A stretch of 64,000 bases of DNA, taken from NCBI GenBank assembly GCA_951406725.2, contig OX597828.1:32116001-32180000 (forward strand), in the 5' to 3' direction. Origin of the DNA: Octopus vulgaris. Taxonomy: Eukaryota. This document shows positions 42,253-57,154 of the stretch, piece by piece (position 1 is the stretch's first letter; each line of letters opens with the position of its first letter). The position numbers and the translations under genes are program-made. Under the pieces are notes generated by a model. That model ran no database searches. It was given only the letters and a program-made list of their open reading frames with translations, and had not been told where the DNA came from.

Positions 42253-42647
42253 GAGTGAGAGAGCAGTACATGCCATCAAAGTGACACTGGGGTAAAATAT
42301 ACGAAGCCCAATATACCCATCATGACTACCCGTCTGATAAGTGTACACCAGGCACATGCATCACAACAATATGTGCGCGACATGGTGATCTCATATCAAG
42401 ATAAACAGCACATGACGTTGCAGGTGGGGCCCAGTTAGAATTTTCTTCAGGTTGAGTAGCCCATCCCGCTCAAAAGGTCCCTGAATAAGGGTTGTTTAAG
42501 GATGTTGAAAGAACCACCCATGTTTCCAGAGGTGAATTATTCAAACCCCAAAGAATCCTTCTCAACACATGGCTATGATGCCCCCACCCCACTACTTCTG
42601 CTCGTGATCAGAGATGCACATATCGTCAGCCACTAAGGGACATGCTC
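42253..42647 (-). mobile_element. 395-bp non-coding retroposed segment inserted in (AAT)n (LINE 3' UTR or SINE-like)
   Basis: GC-richer unique block sharply bounded by (TTA)n on both sides, with a second diverged copy at about 39270-39368. Confidence 0.65.

Positions 42648-42732
<85 letters not shown>
42648..42732. repeat. (TTA)n microsatellite
   Basis: Direct inspection. Confidence 0.95.
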
Positions 42733-42774
42733 GTGGTTGCTATTGTTAACGTTATTCCTTAGTAACACAGTGTA

Positions 42775-43385
42775 GGTAAAAATGTCATCACAACGAAGAC
42801 CTCTGACAGATGATACTTTCTTTAAGATGTGCACTGTGAACCAATAAGGCTGCTTTTTGCAAGACAACAATCTTGCGTGGGATTTCCAGTTGCCTTAAGA
42901 AGTTTCGAAGTTTCAATGGGGTTAAGCTCAACGCTCCGATCACCACTGGCATCACTTTTACATTACCCTCCCACATTCGATACAGTCTTACCATTTCCAC
43001 GTTCAATTCGGAGTACATGGTGATGTTTTCAACCTCTTTACAACATACACGCCATCAATGATCTGACAGCATTTGTCTCTCTTATTCAATATGATAATAT
43101 CCGGTCTACGGTGTTCGATTACACGATCCGTCTGAAAATCACAGTCCGAAGAGTGTCGTTACTTTTCCATCCTCCTGCATAACTTTACTTGGTACGCGCT
43201 CATACCAGTTCTTTGTTACTTCATAATGGTATTTACAGCAAAAGAGTCAATGAAGGTACACACACATTTAACCATGTCAGCGCTTGTATTCTTTTTGCGC
43301 AAGGCTCTCACATCCACTTACCAAGTGGGTCACATTTTCCACACTCTTTCCAGAGTCTGCATTTCTGGCTGACAGAAGTTTTATC
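42775..43385 (-). mobile_element. 5'-truncated R4/Dong-type non-LTR fragment (CCHC + REL)
   Basis: Broken frames read QKCRL..KSVENVTHLVSGCESLAQKEYKR, DFQTDRVIEHRRPDIIILNKRDKCCQIID and KVMPVVIGALS...LQKAALL. Confidence 0.88.
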
Positions 43386-43386
43386 G

Positions 43387-43436
43387 ATTATTATTATTGT
43401 TGTTGTTGTTGTTGTTGCTGCTGTTGCTGCTGTTGC

Positions 43437-43495
<59 letters not shown>

Positions 43496-43548
43496 TTGCT
43501 GTTGTTGTTGTTGTTGTTGTTGCTGTTGTTGTTGTTGCTGTTGTTGCT
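43387..43548. repeat. (TTA)n then (GTT)n with GCT interruptions
   Basis: Direct inspection. This is the source of the poly-V/C/L/T ORFs. Confidence 0.95.
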
Positions 43549-43551
43549 TTT

Positions 43552-43690
43552 GTTGGCAGAATCATTAGCACACCAGGGGATATGATATGCTTGGCGGAAT
43601 TTCGTCTGTCACTCCGCTCTGAGTTGAAATTCTACCGACGTCTACTTTGCCTTTCATCCTTTCGTTGTCGATAAATTAAGTTCCAGGTCT
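43552..43690 (+). mobile_element. SINE family B fragment
   Basis: tggcagaatcattagcacacc...gagttgaaattctaccgacgtctactttgcctttcatcctttcgttgtcgataaattaag. Confidence 0.7.
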
Positions 43691-43729
43691 TGTCTCTATA
43701 TGAGAAAGGATTATTATTTTTACCTCTTT

Positions 43730-44356
43730 AACATTGGTTTTATTGGCGCTCCTAGAATCTTACATATTACTTGCAGCCTACGGTTATGTTTTTCGTTCAG
43801 CCATGTTATTCGTTCTTTTCAGGTATGTAATATCTTCCTGATTATTCTGGCCGTGCCAATGAGGCGAACATTTTATAACATTTCTACTGGTCATTCTATT
43901 TCGATTTCCTGTATATTCTTCTTGGTGCCTTCTCATACTGTTCTTAAGGACCCAGCAATAATTGGCACTATGTCACTTTCATTTTTCATAACCGGGTTAT
44001 TTGGTAATTAAGAGGGTATCTATGTTTCTTTTCGCCTTCCTTCTTGCCTATTCGTTGGTCAAAGGGGCGTGCAACGTCATCTATATAGCATATGTGGTGC
44101 ACCTTGTCCCCCATCACTAGGTCTGATCTGTTCTGCTGTTTAGATTGGGAATTCCCAGTGGATTTTGATAGCCTCTGACTCTGGAACTCTCTGCAGTTTG
44201 TTCTCATACCACATCTTGCATCTCTGACACCCACTTTTCGCACAGTTTCCAATGTAGCACTTTCGCTACCAGGTCATCTTCTCTCAACTGGTTTTGGGCA
44301 AGTCTAGGGCATTCGCTCATGATATGGGCAATGGTTTCATAGATTCTATAGCAGAT
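43730..44356 (-). mobile_element. 5'-truncated R4/Dong-type non-LTR fragment (another subfamily)
   Basis: Reads CYRIYETIAHIMSECPRLAQ, NRSDLVMGDKVHHICYIDDVARPFDQRIGKKEGEKKHRY and IVPIIAGSLRTV. A short (AAT)n lies at the 5' junction (about 44356-44364). Confidence 0.8.
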
Positions 44357-44761
44357 ATTATTATATTTGACACGTATTTGTTCACTTCATCATGCATTTA
44401 CAAACAATCCACCGCTAAATATCGAATTCAAAGAACGTTTAATCTCGAGAAAATTTCATGGAGACGACTACATTGTGATCACATGTGTCTCAGGGGTAGG
44501 GGCGGATTCAACAAGGTTTTCGGGCAATCAGACATTTTCAATCTCATTTATTTTTATGTATTATACTTCTCCCCGCGTAAGACATGTGCGACTAATATTC
44601 TTACTGGGATTACAGTCGCGTAATACTCGATGACCTTGTTTAATTTTGTCATTGGATAAGAAGGAATGTATGTTAGTATTTGTACAATTTAGGCCGCTGG
44701 AGAGAAAGAAACACAGGAAAACAGACACACAGAGATAGCTAGTTCGAAGTATACACATTTT

Positions 44762-44835
<74 letters not shown>

Positions 44836-44892
44836 TACACATACACACATGCACGGGCACATGCACACACGCACAAACATACACACACACAC

Positions 44893-44964
<72 letters not shown>

Positions 44965-47149
44965 ATACATATATACATATATACATATATATATATGTAT
45001 ATATAATTATATATATATATATATAAATTTATATATATTGATTTTATACTAATAATGCAAAATTGTAGCTGTTGTATTATGATTTACAAATTATATATTT
45101 CGACCTTCGTCGACTATAATTTCGGTGATGTGTATCGCCTTGCAGTTTCAATAAATATTAGGACTGTCTGCATTTTATTGCTGTTTTCCTATTGTCGATG
45201 TTGTTATAGTAGGTGACAAAAAGTTTCATCTTTCACCATCTAGTATATGCTCATACTCAAATTAATCTTTTCTCCTCTCCAGTATTATCTTACACTGGCC
45301 AACACATTTAATTGGAAGGGAAACGTACTCCCACTTATTTCATGTTCAACCGGTCATTATAATCTGGTCGTTGATATCAAATCAACCCCTTTATTCTATT
45401 ATAGCACGAGTAACTGTCACATTTGAAAGATATCAGTTTTCTGATTTACTAATCTGGCATAAGAAATGTTATTCTCTTAAATGTTGATTTATTATTCTGA
45501 GTGACTTTAAGTTCTCTTCATAACCTGCTGTCGTTTCTAACCTGTTGTAGTCAATCATCTCTGTCTATTCGTTTAGGCATATAATATTACATAGGACTTA
45601 CGCTCTTGTAGAGCTTCGAAATAGAGTTTGTTCTCTTGTTTCAGCAATGTCAGAAACATTTAGGCGTTATTTGAAACGTTTTCTCCGTTTTGTATCGATT
45701 CACATCACATGTAAATTGACAGCAAAGGAAGCAAAAAGAAAAGCTGCGCATGGCTTTCCATAATAATTCATTTTCCCTCAAATATAATCCACATATAGAA
45801 TAATGTCCCATAATATTAAAACTGATTAACATAGCCATCATAATAGAATAATCTAAAATCGGTGATTAGTTTCACTGAGATACAATCTACATTTCGCTTT
45901 CGGTTTTCAGAAAGGCATGAGAGATAACTTAATGATTCAAACTATTTTGCCCTGTCACGATATTGAGAATATAAGGTTCAACAGCAGCTAAATTGCGTCC
46001 CCGCTTGTGATATATTGTACTAATTCCCTCGGCATGCTCACAAAATATGCAATATAAATTCCAATAACAAATAATTCTTCTGCGTTTTCTAGCTACGTGA
46101 TAGTTATACAATATCAATTAAAATATAGTTCCTACTTCGGTTTTCTCAAGAGAAATAAAGTTTGAACCGACATTATATTTGTGATTTAATTTACAATAAT
46201 TTAAATTATACAGAATCCGTTTGTATAATATGACTTTTTTATAGCATGAATGATTGGATAGGTATGCCATCATTGAACAGTGCAGATATAACAATATTTA
46301 TGAATATTCCGATCAGTTATTTGAGAATAAATTTGCTTTGATTGCTTCCTATTTGCTTTTCCGTTTGAACTGCACTTTCTCAATTACGTTCAAAACTTTA
46401 AATTTCATTAATACTTAATGAAAATTGAAAATATATTAAAGTATCAACAAAGTATTTAAATAATTTGTATAGCGAATTTTTAATATCTATGAAGCGTTTT
46501 GATATATATTGACCTGGAAAACGGTGTGTCAATAGGAAAGTAAATTATATTTGACCAGACATATGTGGAATTAAATCAATATTCTAGACAGAGAGATATG
46601 AGATTCTACTTCATTCTACAATAAAGATATTTCGTTGTGAATCATACTGGCCAATCGCACACTGCTTCGATACATGAATAAATATAATAACGTATATATA
46701 CTTCTTATTAAATTAGATGGAAGAGCAACAACACCAGTAAAATATGTAAAAATTTGATTAAAGCGTTTGATAATAGGTATTCATTCACTTTCACACGTTT
46801 TCACAAGTTGACGCCATAGCAAAATGTGGGCGAAGAATGAATTCCAGAAAGAGAGAACCGACTGTGATGCAAAAACGCAATGATATTATTACATTAGGAA
46901 TATAAAGATTAGGAGGGACAGAAAAGAGAAGATGAATGAGAGAGAGGGGAATGGTGAGAGAGTTGAGTGATTGAAGTGTCTGCCATATTGCCGCATACAT
47001 TTCTTAAGTGTTACGATGTTAAGATTTTTGGCGTATTAGTTGAATGTGGATGAAAGAATCAGCACGGCTGTTATTGTTATTGGTGATGATATTGAGAAGT
47101 TATTATCGGATGATCGGTCTAACAGGTGCTTTATATAAGTTACCATATC

Positions 47150-47745
47150 TTCGGGTATGTGGTGCATGAAAGCCGTGCGCGATAGGAGATCTATACCCCT
47201 AAATGTGCTCCTACGCGATCATAATTAGTGGGAAATTTACCTTTCTTCTGATTTATATAGCGGTACAGATATGAAAAACTCCCCATTTGTTCGGTGGTTT
47301 CTGATCTGAAAAACGCAAGTTCGATAAGGCCAGTAAGTCTACTTCCTGCAATCTCCATTGATTTCGAGATTTCACAATCGATGTTAGCTATTGATCGGAG
47401 ATGATTTACTTCAGTAAATCAAACTTTTGGTGTTATCGAATCAATCTTCTACTAGTTTTATGGTAAGTGGCTGAGTAGTGGGCTTCCATGGCGTTGCGTG
47501 AAACAAGATCTGAGTATGCACTGGCTAAAGGACAAACTGAAAGCAGGAGACAATTTGGTCGACATTACACTGTTACTGTTGCCACATAAGTTAGCATGGA
47601 TCGGAGTAAGTTCACATTCCAGATTATATCAAACACCTAGTAACAGTACTCTTCAAGCTGCATTCATTCGTCTTAGATGGTATCAGCATTTGAAGGAGTT
47701 TGTTTGCAATCAATCTAAACAAAATGAGGCATAGACTAATAAAGC
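47150..47745 (+). pseudogene. Possible degraded Penelope-like GIY-YIG region
   Basis: FQIISN / NSTLQAAFIRLRWYQHLKEFVCN resembles the PLE C-terminal F.II....N...L...E...I....P.LC.QKEFV pattern. Similarity is weak. Confidence 0.35.
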
Positions 47746-49001
47746 ATGTGTCCTCGTATTCGTTTCTCTCTACACACTTATTCACTATATACCTACTTCC
47801 TTCACAATACACACATTCTCAATTCTTCTACACCATATAGCTTTAATTTCTCAGACACTTTGCCCTTGTATTTCCGTTTAATTCTTCTGTTTTAATATTA
47901 TTTTCTATAACACAATTTAATCTATAATTACATATTTCTCTTTTGAAACACTACGCAGCTAGAATATCATATATTTCACTCAGTTTTATTTTTCTTTTAC
48001 TTGTAGTGCTATTCATGTTTTTTTTTAAAAATATTTATTGTCTTTTTATTTATTCTGATTGTTGTTGTTGTTGTTACCCTATATATTTTACAAACAAAAT
48101 TGTTTATCTGTTCCTTTTTGACATCGAATACATTATTTATTCACTTTATCACATGTCACCTGATTAAACCTCACAAGTATCCATCATATTCATAACATAA
48201 CATCTTACTACACTAAAAGCAATTCATGATATTTATTCTTTCTTTATGCTATATAATTTATGAGTCTCTTTACTGAAACTGTTATAGAAAATATTGATTA
48301 TATCTGCGCCAAAAGAACAAACGTCTTTTGCAATGAATGTCTAAATGACTTCACCTTATAAACAAAATGCTAGTTAGTTCCAGCTTTGTAATTTTATTTT
48401 CTTGTTTAGTGTATTGTCTGGGGCAATAACCATTGAATAGGTTTATGGATAGACAGAGAGAATTTAGGAAATATTGGTAACTGAAACGTGAAACTAGAAA
48501 TACGCAGTAACAAGATAAAATAGGAGTCTGACAAGATGATACACATATAAAATAATAACAGAAAAGCAGAATGCTGATTAAAAAGAAAAATATTTTATAT
48601 ATGATATATATATGTAGTTCAATCTATTTGCTATCATTTATCTATCTACTTATATATATGTGTGTGTGTCTGTATGTACGTATACGTATTTACATGTTTT
48701 GTCCTCTAAACACTTCTCTGACTTCAACGTGGGCATGTTTGAGAACGACCTTCAGGAGCTTAGAGGAATAAATCGACCTCAGTATATACCGTTTGAAGTC
48801 TTAAAACAATTACTCGATCGGTCCATTGTTTTAGGTTTTTTTTTTTCCGAAGACCTAAGTAACAGGGACGTAAATTAAACCACACCGATTATCAAGCGGT
48901 TGCGAAATAAAGACAAACATAATGCCGCACGCGCAAATACATATATGTGCATGTATACATACAGACATTCATAACTATATACATATATATAAACACATAT
49001 T

Positions 49002-49097
<96 letters not shown>

Positions 49098-49153
49098 TAT
49101 ATTTAATTATATATATGTATATATAAACACATATACACATATGTTTAATTATA

Positions 49154-49212
<59 letters not shown>

Positions 49213-49236
49213 CATATATATATATATACATACATA

Positions 49237-50108
49237 CAGGGTGCAATGGGTAAACAGTTGCCATTTTACATTTTTAACATCGCACATGTGTATTTTTTTT
49301 GTTTTTGCTCTTGTCAGATATACAGTATAGTAGGATCAGTTGGATGCAGTGTTGGAAAAAAACTGCACCATGACGTAATGCATTCATTCTGTCAGAATTT
49401 TGGAAATGACATGCTGCATAGCTTGGTATTCGTGCTGGAGGCTCCAATACGAATAACTTGAGTGCCAATCTGAGGACAGTGCAGATGATTCGTAAGTTGT
49501 TGGATGAGTTTAATGGTAATGACGGAGTTATGGCTGCTTGGAAATCTCACTGTGACCGTTCTGATACGAACAGAATTCCTGAAATTGTTGGAGTGATATT
49601 GACAACGATACCTCCAGGTCAATAAGGTCAATCGCCAGGGGCATGGGCGTTTCTGAGTTTCTTATTGGGCAGGTAGTGCAAAAAAAGGACATTCGGTATT
49701 CCTCATAGAAGATGTTAAAGGGCCAATCTTTATCCCAAGTCATGAAGGACAAAAGGAAAGGCTGCACTATGACGCTTTTCAACATCTTACCATCTAACTC
49801 CGCAGACTGCAACCCTCTTGATTATTATGTGTGGAGCGCATTTGAGCGAGAGACACACAAAACAATTTGAATTAAATGCAACGATTATGGCAGCGTTCAC
49901 ACTCTTAAACAAGGAAACCGCCCAGAAGAGTTGCAGGAGATACGGAAGTCACCTGGTTGAAGCTAATGGCGATTATATTGAATAAATTCCTATGCAAGTA
50001 GTTCAAGATATTTTTATCAAATTTTAGCAAATTTCTCTGTTAAAATGAGATGTCAGTGTTATTTTCCTTTTTGCGTAATTTAAACGGTAGCTTATTCACC
50101 GCACTATG
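49237..50108 (+). mobile_element. Tc1/mariner maT (DD37D-like) transposon, internally deleted, both ends present
   Basis: TA-cagggtgcaatgggtaaacagttgcc ... ggtagcttattcaccgcactatg-TA forms imperfect TIRs. It encodes PSNSADCNPLDYYVWSAFERETHK, with D as the third catalytic residue. Confidence 0.85.
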
Positions 50109-50207
50109 TATGTGCATATATATATTTATATATATATATAAATACACACACATACATAGTTATGTATATATATATATATGTACATATTTACACACACACA
50201 CACACAT

Positions 50208-50264
<57 letters not shown>

Positions 50265-51299
50265 CGTATATGTATATATATATACATATATATGCATATA
50301 TATATATATATATATATGTACATACACACACATACACTCACGCACACACATACGCACTGATACAGAGAGTGGGGTATAAGGACAAATTGGTCATTGTACG
50401 AATGAATTTATGTCTGTAAAACTAGAAATATATGGTGTAGAAGAATGAAGTCTGTATCGTGGAGAAAATAGGTGTGTATTGAACAAATGTGCAAATCGAA
50501 ATGAATACAAGGACAAATGCTTTATAGGTCTAGAGAGATTATATACGTGTGCGTATTTTCAAGGACATAGAAATCCACAATCAGATATAAAGCTTTCAAA
50601 GCACTTCAATGGAATGCAAGTTATGTAGTTAATATCTTGAATTTGCACAACTGGCTCAGTTTTCAATTGAACATCATCGTAGCTAATGAGGTGGAATCTA
50701 TAAATTTTAGTATACGCAAGTAAGTGTCAAAATATAGATCTTAACGAACGTTAATGGGATATAAAAGCCTTCATTATGCTGAAGTTAGGAGGGACCATAA
50801 ATAGCGGTGTTATCCCGTATTAGATTTGATAATCTGCGCTAGATAGAATTGAAAACGAAATTAGTGTGAAAATTCCATTTGTGCACTCAGGTGGCTATCG
50901 TTTTGAAGGTAAATTCAATTAGTTATTTAATCTAGAATGTGTAAAATGCGTTAATTTGAAACAATGCATGATGAAATATATAAGGTGTATAACTATTATA
51001 CAAAATAATTGTTGCATTGCTTCCTTACTGATTTAAAATAGGTTTATTTACACTTAATATGAAGTGAATATTTCAAAAGTATATAATATGTGTAAAACGA
51101 GTACTTTTCAAGGAATGTAACAATTGCTTTCATTTGCACTCCTTACCTGAGGTGCGGAAATGTTTTTCGCATAAATGTTAAGGTAATCCTTGAAGAAATA
51201 ATGCGCCCCACTGGTATGTTTCGCAGTTGAAGTGCCTTGTACGTAGCCACTGGATGTTTAGGCATGCATATATACATACACACATACACACACATATAC

Positions 51300-51408
<109 letters not shown>

Positions 51409-51625
51409 TATATATGTATACTGTCTATATTTGGGGAAACAACTGTATGAGAAAAAACATTCAAATGACAGGAGAGAAGGGCTCGGCAAAATTAATCTTG
51501 TCCTCAACCAACATTGCCATGCAGTGAAGGCAATCGATTCTTTACGCAAGTATTGGTCTACAGAGTTATCGAAGCCATCACCGTAGAGAAAGCATTCAGT
51601 GAAGTAGAAATTAAATTATATATAT

Positions 51626-51680
<55 letters not shown>

Positions 51681-51969
51681 ATAGAATAGAATGTAGGTAA
51701 GATTATATTATTGCAATATCATTGTTGTTCATTACAATGGAAGATTTATATTAGACACTTAATACTAGTAAGATTATTAATAAGATAACCACAGTGGATT
51801 TGCAGAATCGGCAGTTTCCGAAGATGACGTGTTACAAAATAAGCGCCACGTCGACGTTGCGTTTTGGGCCTTTTATAGTCGATAAACTAAAGTCTGTTAT
51901 CGTATACGCCTATATCAGAAACCATACATATTATTCTCATATTAATATTCCTATTGTGGATTCAGTTAA

Positions 51970-52130
51970 AGAGCAGGCAAACGCCGGACAAAACACTTAG
52001 GGGCGTTTCGTCCCTCTAAAAGCGTTGTGTTCAAATCCCGTGAAAGGTGACCGTGCCTTTCATGTTTTCGAAGTGAAAGATATAGATGGCAGCTGCTTAC
52101 TGGACCCTTTAGTTTCAATCAATTAGCTCT
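51970..52130 (+). mobile_element. Degraded SINE family B
   Basis: acgccggacaaaacacttag...gtgttcaaatcccg...gaccgtgcctttcatgttttcg. Confidence 0.5.
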
Positions 52131-52550
52131 TTTTCCTAAAGTTTCACACCAAAAAGAAGATTTCTATTGTGGTCAAGCAGAGTCTTTAAAATATGAAAAG
52201 ATTTTTTTATGGTATATTGCTACGGCTTTCTTCGTTCTAATTTGGGAACTAAAGAGTTTAACTTACATTTTCATTAGTTTATGCAACAACATAAGTAATT
52301 ATCGTATATAGGGATGGCTAGAATCAAATATAAAACCCACTAAATTCAAGGTCTTTAGCTGATGTGAAAATTAAGATGTTATTACAATTATATATTGCTG
52401 ACGGCAGAAATATTATAATTACATTTGAATTGGTTGAAGAATATCTTTCCTGTAAACATATGACCGCTTAGAGTAAGTTGTTTCCCAGACACTTGATAAA
52501 CAAATTATATATTTTAAATATTAAATCCATACATATGTTAAAATCATTCC

Positions 52551-52583
<33 letters not shown>

Positions 52584-52710
52584 GTATATATATAAATATA
52601 TATTACCAGTTGTTAATTATAAATGATCGTGCTACTTGACAGCTTGTATGATCTCATCAGTTGGCGAAATTAATCGGTATATCTGTCTCGGGAAATAGAC
52701 TTAATTCAGA

Positions 52711-52770
<60 letters not shown>

Positions 52771-53459
52771 CATATATATATACATACGTATATGTATATA
52801 TGCAAGTACATATATATGTATGTATGTTTATGAGCGTATTTTAATGTTCTCAATTAATGAGAAGAATTCAGTGTCGAAAGCGCTTTAGGGGAATTTCTAA
52901 ATTGGAATCTAATAAAAGTAAAAAAAAAAAAAATGAAGTTTTGAACGAGATTGTTTTATTGAAGATGTCATTAGAAGTATTACAAAACAAGAACCTACTT
53001 TAAATATGATTAGTTGATCATTCATAATTGTTTATTTTTACAGCCTATACTGTGTTTGACATTCAGTGTTCCAAAAGTTGAACAAGACGTTATTAATTCC
53101 ACAAAAACCAAGAAGATTAACACTGCACGGGCTATATTTTTTCTATAAGAGTTTAACTAATGAGGTGAAGATAAACTCAACTTTTCATTTTTAAACTTGA
53201 ATCTTAAGGCTCATTCATTCTATGTATATATTGTATTAAATATACCGTGGTTGTAGGGATTTTTACTCATTGAATATAAGCATGTTCATATGCAAGCTGC
53301 TCTAACTACTTATATGTCAACGTAGAGATATAAACCTATAAATACCTATAAATACATGCGTCTAGAAAAATGCATTTATACAGGTATATACGCGCATGTC
53401 TATATAAGTATATAAGTAAACATGAGTGTGTGTATTTGTGTAAACAGATATACACAGAT

Positions 53460-53530
<71 letters not shown>

Positions 53531-53595
53531 TGATAGTGCATATTTCCAGGATTTATAGGTTTCTCTAGCACAAAATAAAGCACGAAGACGTCTAT

Positions 53596-53632
<37 letters not shown>

Positions 53633-53640
53633 AATACATA

Positions 53641-53700
<60 letters not shown>

Positions 53701-54172
53701 GGGGCGTATAGCAAACAAATATATATATGTATGTGACTGTAAGTGTGTTTGTGTGTGCGTGCGTGTGTATGAATGTGAGTTCGTATATGTATATATATGA
53801 ATACTTATACTCCTATGTGTGGACATGTGAATATATTTGCAATTCCGCTACATTCGGTTACGTTTGGCACAAAATTTCTTAAAAGATTTAGTAATTAAAT
53901 ACAATGTTTTTCCAGGCACATATAATCTAATTTACCAAATTTAGTGTGTTGTGAATCCATTTGATGGATGTCTTTTGAAATATATTCTCAAAAACAGTAA
54001 TGGAACTGGGAATGGATCGGTATCTATTTCATAAGTGTGTTTAATGCATAAATGCATATTTTAGAAAGCAGGTTCTACATTTTAACACAGAGTATAGAGC
54101 GGGATTCAATGGCATAAGGATTTGAACGATTGCACCTATAAATATTCTGCGAAACACACATACATGCATGTA

Positions 54173-54271
<99 letters not shown>

Positions 54272-54328
54272 GGATATATGTATGTATATATATAAATATA
54301 TATGTATATATATATGTATATATACATG

Positions 54329-54361
<33 letters not shown>

Positions 54362-54833
54362 GCACAAGTGTTTGAATATGTGTTGATGTTTGAACGTATG
54401 TGTAGTTGTTTGTATGAGTGTATACATTTACATATACGTATGCATATGTGTGTGCGTTTGTATGTTTACGTATATATGTATGTGAATATATATTTGCAAG
54501 CTCGTATTTATATGGCTATATTGTTCCTCTTTAAATTTTTCACTACATCATATTTCATATATATTATCAGTTCACAATTATGGACAGAGAAAACAAGATA
54601 CTCTAAGACTATCAAATAACTATTTCCTCCCAGCTAACTACCGATATCCTATTTAATACTGCAAAGTTTGCATAGCTTTCTTTGCTTAAAAATTTAATCA
54701 ATTTTATACAGCGATCTACGTTGTCGTATGCATAATTATAACAGCATTGAACTAAATATTTACAGAAGACTTAATTTTATAGTAATTAAAGAATTGTACA
54801 CACGCACATAATCTTATATGAATATATATATAC

Positions 54834-54890
<57 letters not shown>

Positions 54891-54891
<1 letters not shown>

Positions 54892-55265
54892 TGGCATTCC
54901 GTCGGTTACAACGACAAAGTTTTCAGTTACTCCGACCAACGGAACAGCCTGCTCGTGAAGTTAACATGCATGTTGCTGAGCACTCCACAAACACGTGTAC
55001 CTTTAACTTAGACTTCGGGGCGATTCAGCGTTCACAGAGATGTGACAAGGCTGGCCCTTTTTTGTAAAACAGAAACAAGAAGAAAGAGTGAGAGCAATTT
55101 GTGGTGAAATAGTACACCAGACTCCTCCACCAGCCCCTGCGGGAGCCTCGTTCTGCTTTAGGTGTTTTTTGCTGAATAAAATCTCACAAGGCCTGGTCTG
55201 GGAATTGAAAGCGCGATCCTACAAATGCGAGTCCGGTGTCCTAAACACTAGGCCATTGCGCCTCC
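54891..55265 (-). mobile_element. tRNA-headed SINE (family D)
   Basis: The minus-strand head ggaggcgcaatggcctagtgtttaggacaccggactcgcatttgtaggatcgcgctttcaattcccagacc has an A box (tggcctagtg) and a decayed B box. The 3' end abuts (TA)n. Confidence 0.75.
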
Positions 55266-55414
55266 ACACACACACACACACACACACGAATATATATATA
55301 TATATATATACACGTGTGTATGTGTGTTACTGGCATTAATTTCAGGATTTCATACATAAACACAACCATTGAGAAAAATGTATATATTCTGCGGTGCCTA
55401 GAAGCACACACATA

Positions 55415-55455
<41 letters not shown>

Positions 55456-55496
55456 GAACAGACGTATACGTACAACCACAGCAGACAGATAGACAG

Positions 55497-55530
<34 letters not shown>

Positions 55531-55973
55531 ATACATACATATCTATTTATCTATATTTATATCTATAGCTATACCTATCTAAAATTTTCGAAAAATCTCA
55601 GGGACAGACATATAATGTGAGAGATGAATAGGTAGATAGATTGGTACATAGATTGATTAATATATAGATATACATGTATAGATTATAGCCATTGCACGAG
55701 TCTTAACATTTAATGGTGCTGTAATCGAACGTGCTTTCTTAGCCAAGCGAAAGCACTACAATAGCTTCTACAGATTTGGCAGCTAAAACATTTACCGGCA
55801 TTAGCTGAGTGTAGTTTTAACTGGGTTTCATGTACCTTTGGATGTCATTCAAGTACTCCCACTGAATTACATATACATACATACATATATATTACATCAT
55901 ATCTTGGCATACATATATATTATGTGTGAGGTGCATTTGTATATACACACACACACATATATATACATATTTA

Positions 55974-56039
<66 letters not shown>

Positions 56040-56903
56040 TAATCCAAACTTGAAAACACAAAGAGAAGACAACAACGCGAGGACGTGGAACAAATATAGT
56101 ATTATTGCACGCTCAGGAAGGAAGGACAATTGGAGTTTACATATACAATTATTCAACTCGGTGTCAAGAAATTTATTGCACGTATATTCCCGTAATATTG
56201 AATCCAATTGTCTAGTCGCAGCTTTTCTGTAAATTTTTATTTATAAAGAGACGATGACAAAAGACCCATCAGGAAAACGGACCAATTTATTGTAGATGTA
56301 ATAGCTAAAATGCTTTCACACTTATATATCACTGAGCAAACAGCTGCTGCCCTGTACAAATGATTTATACCATAGCAAATTAGTCAGTACGAAACGCAAT
56401 TTCGGTTCAACTGTATTGAGGCGAAATATTCGATTCTTATTTCATCTTAATCGTTTGTATTTCCGGTCTATAATGTTTAATGTCCATAATCCTGGAATAT
56501 GGTAAATAGAAATGAATGGAAACTATTAAAGTAATGTACTATTGATAACTTGCTGTCTCATGTCTTCTTTGTATATAGTTTACAGAAGCCTCGTAACAAT
56601 TTTCCCGAAGTCCAATGTGTACATGTGAGTGTCAGTGTAAATACACTACTTCATCTTGTCTGTGTCTTTTGCAAAATGCTCCATATTGATTTTTGTTTTG
56701 TTACATAGGTGTAGAGGGAAAAGGTGTACCAATATTGCGTGATCTATATTTCGGAGTTATAACATCATGCAAAAGATATAGATTTGGAATGTGCATGCAT
56801 GCAATTATTTTACCATTTAATTTTATATAATTGAAGAAATAAAGCGACAAATATACACCCACGCACACACACATACATATACATATCCATATCTATAAAT
56901 CTA

Positions 56904-57099
56904 CTGATGGGTGCTGGAAAGTTCCTTTGTTTGGGTAAAATGAAATACAGGTGAGTCAATTTATTATGATTTCATTCAAAATATTTCCTTATGAAATTCC
57001 GACAACTATTGAACTGATCCTTAATTTTTTCTAGGCTCTGAAAACGAACGAGGCCTGTCTCTATACTATTAATTTCACGAACTTTTCATCACTCTCTTG
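56904..57099. mobile_element. Mariner-derived MITE, about 200 bp
   Basis: TA-ctgatgggtgctggaaagttcc ... gaacttttcatcactctcttg-TA. The interior minus strand reads LEKIKDQFNSCRNFIRKYFE*, like a mariner C-terminus. Confidence 0.65.
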
Positions 57100-57103
57100 T
57101 ATG

Positions 57104-57154
<51 letters not shown>

